A DNA stretch of 64,000 nt, taken from positions 17,670,001 through 17,734,000 of the forward strand of contig JBHGNT010000009.1 in the NCBI GenBank assembly GCA_043228905.1, given 5' to 3'. Both the position numbers and the translations under genes were made by a program. A model generated the notes under the pieces. That model made no database searches, had not been told where the DNA came from, and worked only from the letters and a program-made list of their open reading frames with translations. This stretch comes from Azolla caroliniana. Taxonomy: Eukaryota; Plantae; Polypodiophyta. Positions 13,446-24,610 of this stretch are shown here, piece after piece; the stretch's first letter is position 1; each line of letters opens with the position of its first letter.

Positions 13446-13516
13446 TGCATTGGCCGGGAATTGAACCCGGGTCTGTACCGTGGGAGGGTACTATTCTACC
13501 ACTAGACCACCAATGC
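13446..13516 (-). tRNA. tRNA-Gly-CCC: tRNA-Gly variant with CCC anticodon
   Basis: Intact Gly-GCC body; plus strand reads GGG at 13482-13484. Confidence 0.8.
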
Positions 13517-14471
13517 ACACATAGTACTCTCAAGTGCATAGTTTACCCATAGACCCATTTATGAATTTAATCTTTTTGAACTATGCACATCTTATTTACA
13601 TCGTGCATTCGGTAGTAGCTTGTGCCATGCAATTTTCTTTCGTGAGATATAGTTCACCTATTTGGATGGGTTCATTGGCCATCAACGAAACCCAGGTTCG
13701 TAGAATGGGAGGGATCTATTCTTCCACTAAAGAACCATACCGTGTGGTATTAGTTAACTCGTTTCTAACGTGCAAAGAATATTATTCTAAATTTCTAACG
13801 GCCAAACCATTTTTCGTTGACTTTCTCTATCTCATTCTAACAAGAAACAATAAGCACTTATGTAATCCACTATATGTAGTCTCTCAATTGGCAAAGTTGT
13901 CTCAAATACTATATGAGGGAATGACATGTTGCCACAAAGTGATATGCACATGTTTGGATTCATACATTGGCCGGCAAACAAACACGGGTCTCTACCATCG
14001 CTGGGTGCTATTCTACCACTAGACCACAAAATCATCTCAATTACATATTTTACCCATAGACCCATTCATCAATCTAATATTTTTGTATTATGCACAATCT
14101 ATTTACATTGTCTGTTGGATCGAAGGTTCTGGGATGCAATTTATTTGCGTGAAATATATAGTGCACATGTTTGGATCAATTCGTCTGCCGAGGACAAAAC
14201 CCGAGTCTATAGAATCAGAGGGATCTATTACTCCACTATAGTACCAATGAATGTTTTGTTGGTTAAATAGTTTCACACCTACGGAGAATATTATTCTAAC
14301 TTTTTGATGGCCAAACTATTTATCCTTGACCTTCTCTATCTTATTCCACCAAGAAATAACAACGACTTATGTAATCTACTATATATGGTCTCTCAATTGA
14401 TAAAAATGCCTCAAATCCTATATCCGGGAATGACATGTCGGCACAAAGTGATATGCACATGTTTTGATTCA

Positions 14472-14542
14472 TGCATTGGCCGGGAATTGAACCCGGGTCT
14501 CTACCGTGGCAGGGTACTATTCTACCACTAGACCACCAATGC
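14472..14542 (-). tRNA. tRNA-Gly-GCC: tRNA-Gly(GCC), one anticodon-stem mismatch
   Basis: 3' side of the anticodon stem is GGTAG instead of GGTAC; otherwise intact. Confidence 0.7.
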
Positions 14543-14892
14543 ACACATAGTGTTCTCAAGTGCATAGTATACCAATAGACCTATTTATGAATTTAATCTT
14601 TTTGAACTATGCACATCTTATTTACATCGTGCATTCGGTAGTAGCTTGTGTGATGCAATTTTCTTTCGTGAGATATAGTTCACCTATTTGGATGGGTTCA
14701 TTGGCCATCAACGAAACCCAGGTTCGTAGAATGGGAGGGATCTATTCTTCCACTAAAGAACCATACCGTGTGGTATTAGTTAACTCGTTTCTAACGTGCA
14801 AAGAATATTATTCTAAATTTCTAACGGCCAAACCATTTTTCGTTGACTTTCTCTATCTCATTCTAACAAGAAATAACAAGCACTTATGTAAT

Positions 14893-14893
14893 C

Positions 14894-14927
<34 letters not shown>

Positions 14928-15237
14928 AGGACACATTGTTTTTAAAATTCTATGAATACTCTGTGTCATTTGTACAACGCGCTCATTAGCGCTATTTATA
15001 CAAGTCCACACGGGACTGTTAGGAGATCGGTGTACTTCAATGCTCACATGAGCATCTGACACTAACTACGAGACTATAGCTGCGTAGTAGTCTAGCCTAT
15101 ACTAGGCTTGCGGTTACAAATTTGATCCGGCATACCGGCTCCCCAGCTCACCGGTCCTTACTGCTTACCGGCTCGGTTGTTCACCAGCGTACCGATTCAT
15201 CTCGCTTACCGGCTCCGGTTTAGCTTGCCACTCAACA
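14893..15237 (-). repeat. copia 3' LTR (truncated by ~60 bp)
   Basis: Aligns to 20202-20546; starts inside the GA microsatellite. Confidence 0.88.
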
Positions 15238-15424
15238 CTCCCCCTGAAGCTTAACCTAAGGTAGGGTCGTAGTGTCTTCCTCTGTGGCAGCCGGTTCTTC
15301 CAACCGACTTCTCCTGGCATCGCTTCGCCTTGCTCGCGCTCCTTGTCCGGTCCCGTCCCATCTGTTGATTCGAATCGGCTGTCTCCGACTCATTCAAGCT
15401 CTAGTCCGAATCGGTATCCTCCGA

Positions 15425-18400
15425 TTAGATTTTCGGCTTCAGGCCTCTCACCACATCGGACCATGTCCGGGTGTTGGCCTTCTCAGTGCTTCCCTTGTCA
15501 TCTTCAGCCGGTTCACCGAAGTTGAATTCTTCATTCGACTCCGCATCATTGCCATTACGATCGTGATGACCTCCGCATAGCATGCACTTCTTTTCCTGAG
15601 TGTACACTTCTTCTTCATAGCCGCTCACTCCGACCTGTTCGGATGTGCCGACTTCCTTCGTCAACTCGGCCTCATTTTTCTTCTTGTCTCCACCTCTACC
15701 GGTTCTTCTCTTACCTACGAGTTCAACAGTTTTTTTGCCTTTGCGTCTCCCCCTCAAGTGCGGCAAGTCGAGATGCTGAACACCAAGAATTTCGGAATAG
15801 TGTTGCAACTTGTCTGACCCGAGTGGTTTGGTGAAGATGTCGGCAACTTGCCGATCCGTGTGAACATACTGTAGTTCAACCTCATCACTCAGGACCCGCT
15901 CACGCACGAAGTGATAATGCACTTCTATGTGTTTTGTGCGAGCATGGAACACAGGGTTCTTGGCGAGCTGCATGCTACTAAGGTTATCGGAGTAGATCAG
16001 GATCGGGGTCAGTACCTCGATCTGCAGGTCTTGTAGTAGTCGCCGAAGCCAAATGGCTTTGCAAGTGGCAACGGTCGTGCCCCGATATTCAGCCTTAGTG
16101 CTGGATAGGGCCACTGTTGACTGCTTTTTGTTGCTCCACGCAACACCCGTGCTCCCAAGAGAAAACATAAAGCCGGAGGTAGAGCGACGATCCGTTGCAT
16201 CGCCAGCCCAGTTGGCATCCGTGTAGCCAACAAGCTCTTCGGTTATACCTTGCCGGTATAAGAGCCCCCGGTCCTTAATGCCGCTTACATACCTCAGTAT
16301 TCGTTGCACGCACAGAAGGTGCTCCACGGTCGACTTCTGCATGAATTGGCTTACCACTCCGACCGGATAGCTAATGTCGGGTCGGGTGATGGTCAAGTAG
16401 ATCAGGTTTCCGACTATTTGTTGAAACCTTTTCTCATCGCAGGCTGGTCCGGAGTTGGGACGGATCTTCTTATTCCGGTCCAGGGGTGTGGAGACAGGTC
16501 GGCATTCCGTCATGCCGAACTTATACAGTATATTCAACACATAATGGCATTGAGAAAGCAATATGCCATCGAGGGTGCGGATCACCTCGATCCCCAAAAA
16601 ATAATGAAGGTCCCCCAAGTCCTTCATATCGAATGCGTCCGACAACTGGGACTTGACATGGTTGATTTTCGGAAGACCTGGGCCGGTGATGACTAAATCA
16701 TCAACATAGAGTAAGATACATACCGGACCGTTTGAGCCTTGACGGATGAACAAGGAAGAGTTCAACTTAGAGGCAACAAACCCCATCTTTCGCAACCGGT
16801 GCGTGATCTTAGCATTCCAAGCACGGGGGCTTGCTTCAAGCCGTACAATGACTTCCTCAGCCGGCATACCGCCGACTTATTCACCTCCGACTGAAATCCG
16901 GTGGGCTGAGTCATAAAGACTTCTTCTTCAAGATCTCCTTGAAGGAAGGCATTCTTCACATCCATCTGATGAAGATGCCACCCCCTTGCCGCAGCAACCG
17001 CCAGTACCATACGAATCGTCGTCATCTTCGCTACAGGAGCGAAGGTCTCGTCGTAGTCGATTCCGTGGGTCTGCGCATATCCCTTTGCCACTAACCGGGT
17101 CTTGTACCGGTTAACTGTACCGTCGGCATTGTACTTTACCTTGTACACCCACTTGCATCCGATCGGTTTACAATGACGGGGAGGGTCAACCAGGTCCCAA
17201 GTTCCGTTGGCATCCAGTGCCTGCATTTCTTCCTCCATAGCAGCACGCCAATTTGCGTCCTTTGCCGCTTCTGCGTAGCTCTCCGGCTCACGCACTTCAG
17301 TGACCTTGGTCATGTACACATAATGACGCGCCATGTACTCGTTATACCCGTACCGTTTAACGGGATCCTTCTGGCGGGTGGACCGGCGTAACTCACCGTT
17401 ACCCAGTATGAGACCCTTCTTGGCCGGTTCGGTCTTCGTTCCCGAAGATCTGCCTATGTCCTTGCCGAAGTCAGATACGCACTGATCTGACTCATCATTG
17501 CCGGTCTCGAATTCCAGCATCTTCTGCTTCCCTTTCTCTTTGCGTGTGAACCGTCTCCTGGGTTCCTTGCGCGGGGAGAGCACGACAGAGTCTCCACTAC
17601 TCGTCGTCTCATCATCCGACTGGTTGGACTGATCCAGTCTCTCATTCGGTCCACTTAACCGGAATGATTCCGGACTCTCATCTTGAGTCCCAGCTTCATC
17701 TTTCTCTACCTGGGCCGGTTCAGGCTCACTAGCCCCATCCTCCGACATCGGGTAGGGATCGGAAGTCGGAGTTGATAAGGAATACCACGATGCCGATTCA
17801 TCAAACTCGACATCTCGGCTGACTCGGACCTGCTTCGTTCGGGGGTTATAACACTTATACCCCTTTTGCTCTTGAGCATAGCCGACTAGGATGCATTTTT
17901 CCGATTTTGCATCCAGCTTTCTCCGCTTCTCATCTGGCACATGTACATAGGCTATGATGCCGAATATCCAGAGGTGTCTCAAATTCGGCTTGCGCCCGAA
18001 ATACAGCTCGTGAGCTGACACCTTGTCCTCGATCCGGTTCTGGATGTAAACGGCCGTTTGGACCGCCTCCGCCCAATAGAACTTGGGCATGCTCTTTTCC
18101 TCCAGCATTGCCCTAGCCGCGTCAATCAGCGACTGATTCTTCCTTTCGGCCACACCATTCTGTTGCGGTGTGTATCTGTAGTTGAATTCTCGCCGAATTC
18201 CTTTTTGTTGCAAATAGTTGTTGAATTGGCCGGAAAAGTACTCTTTTCCGCCATCCGACCGTAGGCATTTGATCTTCCTCTCCGATTCCCGTTCCACCAT
18301 CTTCTGGACGCTCCAAAAACACTCGAAGACTTCGCTCTTCCGCTCAATGAGGTAGATCCACGTATGCCACGTGTAGTCGTCAATGAAGGAGACGAAGTAT

Positions 18401-20091
18401 CGACTCCTGCCAATGCTAACATTTTGTGCCGGTCCCCACACATCCGAATGGATAAGGTCGAGCTTGTTACGTCTTCAATTTCTTTCGGCGGGGAATGGAA
18501 GCTGGTGTTGCTTCCCGAGTTGGCAGGCTTCACAAATCTGGGCTCTCCGGCCTCCAAACTTCGGCAAACTGAAAACAACTTGTTCCGTTTGCAGGTCTTG
18601 AAGCCTCTGGTAGTTGACGCGGCCGATCCGCTTGTGCCACAGGTCGATATCCGACTCGACCTTCTGTCCTTTGGCAAACAGTGTGGTGCCGACGTCATTG
18701 GTGTTGAGGATAAACATCCTCCCATCTCTGCGCCCTTGCGCAATAAATTCGCCTTCATCCTCAATGAAGCATCCGAGGTGCGTAAACCGCACCTACATCC
18801 CCTGGTCGACGATCTGTCCGACCGACACCAGGTTCTTCGTGATCGTCGGAACATGTAATACATTCATCAGCTTCCCCCTCAATCCTACGTGGGTCAAAGG
18901 TACTTCTCTGACGTGCACGATCGGGTGGGGAGTGTCGTCTCCGGTTTCGACAACTCCCGGTTGATCCGGCTTCTCCAAAAAAGAGAACCACTCCTCGTGG
19001 CTCGTCATGTGGTTCAATGCACCGGAGTCAACGTACCACACTTCCTCCGATTTGGAAGTGGTCTTCTTCATTGAGTTTGCCTTGTGCTTCATCACCAAGG
19101 CTGGCCCCTTACCGTTCTTGGATCCTCCCGATCCGTTTGCGTAGTGCGAGCTTTGCCGGCCTTCCTTACCGGTCTTGCCGGATCCGGATTTGTCTGAATC
19201 GGCACGCTTTCTACATCACTCGCTTTCCCTGTGGCCCTTTTTGCCACAGTACCAACATTCCGTAGAGGATTTGTCTTGCCGGCCTCCGGCACCACCTTCA
19301 CTCCCCCTGCTTGTGGAAGTCTCGGAACTGTTGTCGGCACGCTCATTGTGCCTTCGTTCCTGCTCTTGTCGGCCGCCTCCATTGCGTGCCGACCTGCCTC
19401 GTCCACCACGCCCACGGGACCGATCCGCTCCCGTGTACAACATCCGGTTGTCTGGGGATGCACTGGTAGATGCACCGGCGTGGTTCTCCCCTACAAGGAG
19501 CATCGACTATAAGTCGAAAAATGAGGGCGTATTCTCCCTTGTACAAACCGCAGTCTGGAAAGCTCCGAACTTGGATGCCAGGCCTCCAAGATTGACCTGC
19601 ACCATCTCGTCTTCCTCTACGGTGACGTTAATAGAGGCAAGAGAGTCACATATCCCTTTGATCCGAGCTGTGTAATTTGCCACCGACATGTTCTTCTGTC
19701 GAACATTGCTCAACTCCTGTCTGAGTTGCAGCTTCCGGGCAGTAGTGCTAGCGGCGAACACCTTTTTCAAGTTTCCCTAAGCATCCTTGGGTGTCTTGGC
19801 GTCATGGATATGGCTGAGCAACTGGTCACCGACAGTGGACGCGAAGCAGTAAATCACCCTGCTTGCCGCCTATTCCCACACTTGGAAGTCCTTGTGTGTC
19901 GTCTCCGGTGCTGAGTCGTTCACTCCGTCGACATAACTCCAGTAGCCATGCCCAAGCAGGTATTCGTGCATCTTGTATGACCAAGATGCGTAGTTGGTTC
20001 TGTCGAGCTTCTCCACCGGGAGCGACGTAGCCATACCTCTGTCCATTTCTCCTTTTGTGTCTGTTTTCCAATCTGTTAGAGTTTCCTTCAC
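15425..20091 (-). pseudogene. pol: copia gag-pol pseudogene
   Basis: gag EKLDRTNYASWSYKM; zinc knuckle CWYCGKKGH; protease WYVDSGA; integrase DDYT...RSDGGKEY; RT LYVDD; RNase H ARTKHIEVHYHF. Several stops and frameshifts. Confidence 0.93.
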
Positions 20092-20129
20092 AAACTTAGA
20101 TGTCTACAGCAGAGGTTCTCAACCCACGC

Positions 20130-20141
20130 GCTCTGATACCA
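20130..20141 (-). other. Primer binding site, tRNA-iMet
   Basis: Reverse complement TGGTATCAGAGC directly after the 5' LTR. Confidence 0.93.
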
Positions 20142-20204
20142 TGAGAAAGATTCCTTGCGGAAGCGTTAGAAAGAATAGTACACAAAGAGGGAGAGAGTAC
20201 GCGG

Positions 20205-20235
<31 letters not shown>

Positions 20236-20546
20236 CAGGACACACTATTTTTAAAATTATATGAATACTCTGTGTCATTTGTACAACACGCTCATCAACG
20301 TTATTTATACAAGTCCACACGGGACTGTTAGGAGTACGGTGTACTTCAATGCTCACATGAGCATCTAAAACTAACTACGAGACTATAACTGCCTAGTAGT
20401 CTAGCCTATACTAGGCTTCCGGTTACGGATTAGATTCGGCATACCAGCTCCCCAACTCACCAGTCCTTACTACTTACCGGCTCCGTTGCTCACCGGCATA
20501 CCTATTCACCTCGCATATCGGCTCCGGTTGAGCTTGCCGCTCAACA
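20142..20546 (-). repeat. copia 5' LTR (405 bp)
   Basis: On the minus strand TGTTGA...TTCTCA; direct repeat of 14893-15237. Confidence 0.92.
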
Positions 20547-22796
20547 ATAGTTTACCAATAGACCCATTTATGAATTTAATCTATTTGAACTATACGCATC
20601 TTATTTACATCGTGCATTCGGTAGCAGCTTGTGCGATGCAATTTTCTTTCGTGAGATATAGTTCACGTGTTTGGATTGGTTCATTGGCTGGCGACAAAAC
20701 CCAGGTCTGTAGAATGGGAGGGATCTATTCCTCCACTAAAGAACCATTGCATGTTGTATTAATTAACTCATTTCTCACGTAAAGAGAATATTATAAAAAA
20801 AATTTGATGGCCAAACCATTTTTCGTTGACTTTCTCTATCTTCTTCTAACAAGAAATAACAAGCATTTATGTAATCCACTATATGTAGTCTCTCAATTGG
20901 CAAAGTTGTCTCAAATACTATATGAGGGAATGGCATGTTGCCACAATGTGATATGCACATGTTTGGATTCATACATTGGCCGGGAAACAAACACGTGTCT
21001 GTACCATCACATGGTACTATTCTACCACTAGACGACCAATGCACACATGTTCTCAATTACATATTTTACCCATAAACCCATTCATTAATCTAATATTTTT
21101 GAATTATGCACAATCTATTTACATTGTCTATTTGATCGAAGGTTGTGGGATACAATTTATTTGCGTAAAATATAGTGCACATGTTTGGATCAGTTCATTT
21201 GCCGAGGACAAAACCCGACTCTATAGAATGGGAGGGATCTATTACTCCACTAAAGCATCAATGAATGTGGTATTGGTTAAATTGTTTCTCACCTACGGAG
21301 AATATTAGGCCAAACCATTTATCCTTGACCTTCTGTATCTTATTCCACCAAGAAATAACAACCACTTATGTAATCCACTATATGTGGTCTCTCAATTGGT
21401 AAAAATGCCTGAAATCCTATATGAAGCAATGACCTATCGGCACAGACTAATATGTACATATTTTGATTCATGCATTGGCCAAGAATCGTACCTGGGTCTG
21501 TACCGTGGCAGGGTACTATTCTACCACTAGACCACCAATGAACACATAGTGTTCTCAACTGCATAGTTTACCAATAGAGTCATTTATGAATTTAATCTTT
21601 TTGAACTATGCACATCTTATTTACATCGTGCATTCGGTACCAGCTTGTGCGATGCAATTTTATTTTGTGAGATATAGTTCACGTGTTTGGATCGGTTCAT
21701 TGGCCGGCGACGAAACCAAGGTTTGTAGAATGGGAGGGATCTATTCTTCCACTAAAGAACCATACCGTGTGGTATTAGTTAACTCGTTTCTAACGTGCAA
21801 AGAATATTATTCTAAATTTCTAACGGCCAAACCATTTTTCGTTGACTTTCTCTATCTCATTCTAACAAGAAACAACAAGCACTTATGTAATCCACTATAT
21901 GTAGTCTCTCAATTGGCAAAGTTGTCTCAAATACTATATGAGGGAATGACATGTTGCCACAAAGTGATATGCACATGTTTGGATTCATACATTGGCCGGC
22001 AAACAAACACGGGTCTCTACCATCGCTGGGTGCTATTCTACCACTAGACCACAAAATCATCTCAATTACATATTTTACCCATAGACCCATTCATCAAGCT
22101 AATATTTTTGTATTATGCACAATCTATTTACATTGTCTGTTGGATCGAAGGTTCTGGGATGCAATTTATTTGCGTGAAATATATAGTGCACATGTTTGGA
22201 TCAATTCGTTTGCCGAGGACAAAACCCGAGTCTATAGAATGGGAGGGATCTATTACTCCACTATAGTTTCACACCTACGGAGAATATTATTCTAACTTTT
22301 TGATGGCCAAACCATTTATCCTTGACCTTCTCTATCTTATTCCACCAAGCAATAACCACTACTTATGTAATCCACTATATGTGGTCTCTCAATTGGTAAA
22401 AATGCCTGACATCCTATATTACGGAATGACATGTCGGCACAAAGTGATATGTACATGTTTTGATTCATGCATTGGCCGGGAATTGAACCCGGGTCTGTAC
22501 CATGGCAGGGTACTATTCTACCACTAGACCACCAATGCACACATAGTGTTCTCAAGTGCATAGTTTACCAATAGACCCATTTATGAATTTAATCTTTTTA
22601 AACTATGCACATCATATTTACATCGTGCATTCGGTAGCAGCTTGTGCGATGCAATTTTCGTTTGTGAGATATAGTTCACGTGTTTGGATCGGCTCATTGG
22701 CCGGTGACGAAACCGAGGTTTGTAGAATGGGAGGGATCTATTCTTTCACTAATGAACCATAGCATGTGGTATACGTTAACTCGTTTCTGACGTACA
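20547..22796 (-). repeat. tRNA-Gly-derived tandem array segment
   Basis: Same units; tRNA-like heads at 20972, 21471, 21988 and 22468. Confidence 0.95.
22468..22538 (-). tRNA. tRNA-Gly-GCC: tRNA-Gly(GCC), apparently intact
   Basis: All stems pair; only a C38>T change in the anticodon loop. Confidence 0.85.
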
Positions 22797-22802
22797 TTGT
22801 AT

Positions 22803-22943
22803 GAGCAAACGTACTTGGGAACCCTTCGAGCATGTTGCCAATGTTCAGGATCTTCTTGCTGATTTCCACCGAAAGTATCCGAACAAACCAGGTCCGCAAT
22901 CAGCGCCGACTCGTTCCACTCGTCGTCTTTAAGGGGGAGATAG
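22803..22943 (+). mobile_element. 3' end (chromodomain tail plus PPT) of a preceding tandem chromovirus copy
   Basis: Near-identical to 31012-31152 (TWEPFEHVAN...; AAGGGGGAGATAG). Confidence 0.88.
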
Positions 22944-23387
22944 TGTCATGATATAGCAAGACTCGAACCTATGACCTTATGCTACATGGGTCGAGCTCTT
23001 ACCATTAGACTATGAATTGTAATTTGAAGGATATTATTTTCATTTATGCTTTATCATAGAAAATTGATGTATATTCCAGATCTCTCTGGATCATTCTAGA
23101 AGCTTCAGGATTATTCCTAAAAGTACTATAAAAGGAGGCACAAGGCATTGTTTTGAACTAAATTGGTTCAACACCAGTCTTAAGCCTCTTAGCCATTTTG
23201 TACTTATCTTTCGCATAATATATTGGCTGTTATCATCATCTCTCTCTCTCTCTCATCCTCGCTATCTCTCTTTTCTCTTCTCTCTTTCTCTCTCTCGGGA
23301 GTCTTACGCAGTCCCGTCCTCTTAGTACTAATAGTACTACTCTTCTTTAGTACTAATTCCATCTCTACTTTAGTACTATTCCTGACA
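22944..23387 (+). repeat. chromovirus 5' LTR (444 bp)
   Basis: TGTCATG...CCTGACA; TATAAAA at 23127-23133. Confidence 0.92.
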
Positions 23388-23389
23388 GT

Positions 23390-23401
23390 TTGAACCAATT
23401 T
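23390..23401 (+). other. Self-priming PBS
   Basis: TTGAACCAATTT is the exact reverse complement of AAATTGGTTCAA (23160-23171), ~30 nt after the TATA box. Confidence 0.85.
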
Positions 23402-23456
23402 TTCCTCCAACCTACTTGTCGTTCTCCCTCATCCTCCTACCCTTTTCCCTTATACT

Positions 23457-24610
23457 ATGGCTACTGTTAGCGCCCAAGAATATCAATCCGTTTTCTCTGA
23501 GCTACAGTGTCTAAAAGAAAAGTGTGTTGCCCTGGAACAAGAAAACCAACGGTTGATAGGGGATCTGCAACAAATCGCTTTAGAAAAACAACAAATGCAA
23601 CAACAACAATGGGGAGTTAGCGTTACGGGTACAACAACTCGAATTAGTGTTGCAACAACAAGGATCAAGTCCCCAAGGATTTCATAAAGAGCCCAAGATT
23701 GGACTTCCTGTGAAATTTGATGGAATGCGATCGCAATTCCGGGGATTCCTTAATCAGGTACGCTTAGTCATCCAGATGCATCCTTCCCGATATCCCACTG
23801 ATGCATCTCGAGTCGGCCTAATAGGCACGTTACTTAGCGGCTCAACCTTGGCATGGTTCGCTCCGCTTCTAGAAAAACAATCGCCCTTGCTTAATAATTT
23901 TGAAGATTTTATTGGTGAGTTTAAAGCCTGCTTTGGAGATACCGACAGCATCAGGACAGCAATTGAAGATCCGAAGATTGCGTCAAGGCGATCGTCCATC
24001 CTCTGCCTACGCGGCGGATTTCCGTCTACTCGCCTCAAATATCCCCTGGGATGATCAGGCCCTCATGGAGTAGTTTCCCTACGGCTTGCGCAACGATGTC
24101 AAAGACTTGCTTTTAACCTTCCCCGAAGAACCAAAGTCTCTTACGGAGGCAATCAGTCGAGCGGTCCGATGCGACAACCGCCTTTTCGAACAGCGTTCGG
24201 AACATCAGTTACAAATACGACGCTCTCGGTCGGAACCCACATACGCCTCAGTCACGGCTAAACCGTTTGCACGTGATGTATCTCAAGCCAATATTCCGAC
24301 ACCAATGGAGATCGACACCATGCGTCAACGCAGCCCATTATCGGAAGAAGAAAAGCAACGATGACGTACCAATCGATTATCTCTTTATTGCGGTGGACCA
24401 GGGCATATCGCCATCAATTGTCCCCATCGGCCAAGAAGACAAGTAAATCAAATCGTCGCTTGTACTAAACCCGAGTCAATTATTCCCTTCAGAGTGTCTG
24501 ATAGTATTAATAGTACTAATAGAGTGTCAGATAGTATTCATAGTACTAATAGCCCAAGTATCTCAAACAAATTTGAAATCCTTAGTCAATTAGATGAAGA
24601 GTTAAACGAT
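23457..24610 (+). pseudogene. gag: chromovirus gag pseudogene
   Basis: EPKIGLPVKFDG...LLSGSTLAWF, PTPMEID and a degenerate zinc knuckle near 24380-24425; frameshifts and stops. Confidence 0.85.

Larger units (their letters stand above)
7634..14892 (-). repeat. tRNA-Gly-derived tandem array, homogenised 1026-bp higher-order repeat (~7 units)
   Basis: Best tRNA copies begin at 8301, 9326, 10368, 11394, 12420, 13446 and 14472. Spacing is 1025-1026 bp, with one 1042 bp interval caused by a 16-bp duplication at ~9825-9856. Confidence 0.97.
14893..20546 (-). mobile_element. Ty1/copia retrotransposon copy 2, near full length; outer end of 3' LTR deleted
   Basis: 5' LTR 20142-20546, PBS 20130-20141, gag-PR-INT-RT-RH on the minus strand, PPT ~15238-15245, truncated 3' LTR 14893-15237. 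Confidence 0.95.

Noticed and set aside
7634-14892. CRISPR-like repeat/spacer array
   Set aside because: The spacers are themselves repeated and hundreds of bp long, the repeats are tRNA genes, there are no cas genes, and the context is eukaryotic.
8133-14955. Recurrent 70-250 aa ORFs on both strands (MMAKLFILDLL..., MHSLPIDPF..., ...HWWSSGRIVPCHG...)
   Set aside because: They are translations of the tRNA satellite; WWSSGRIVPCHG is the tRNA-Gly sequence read in frame. No domain signal, and frames break in other copies.
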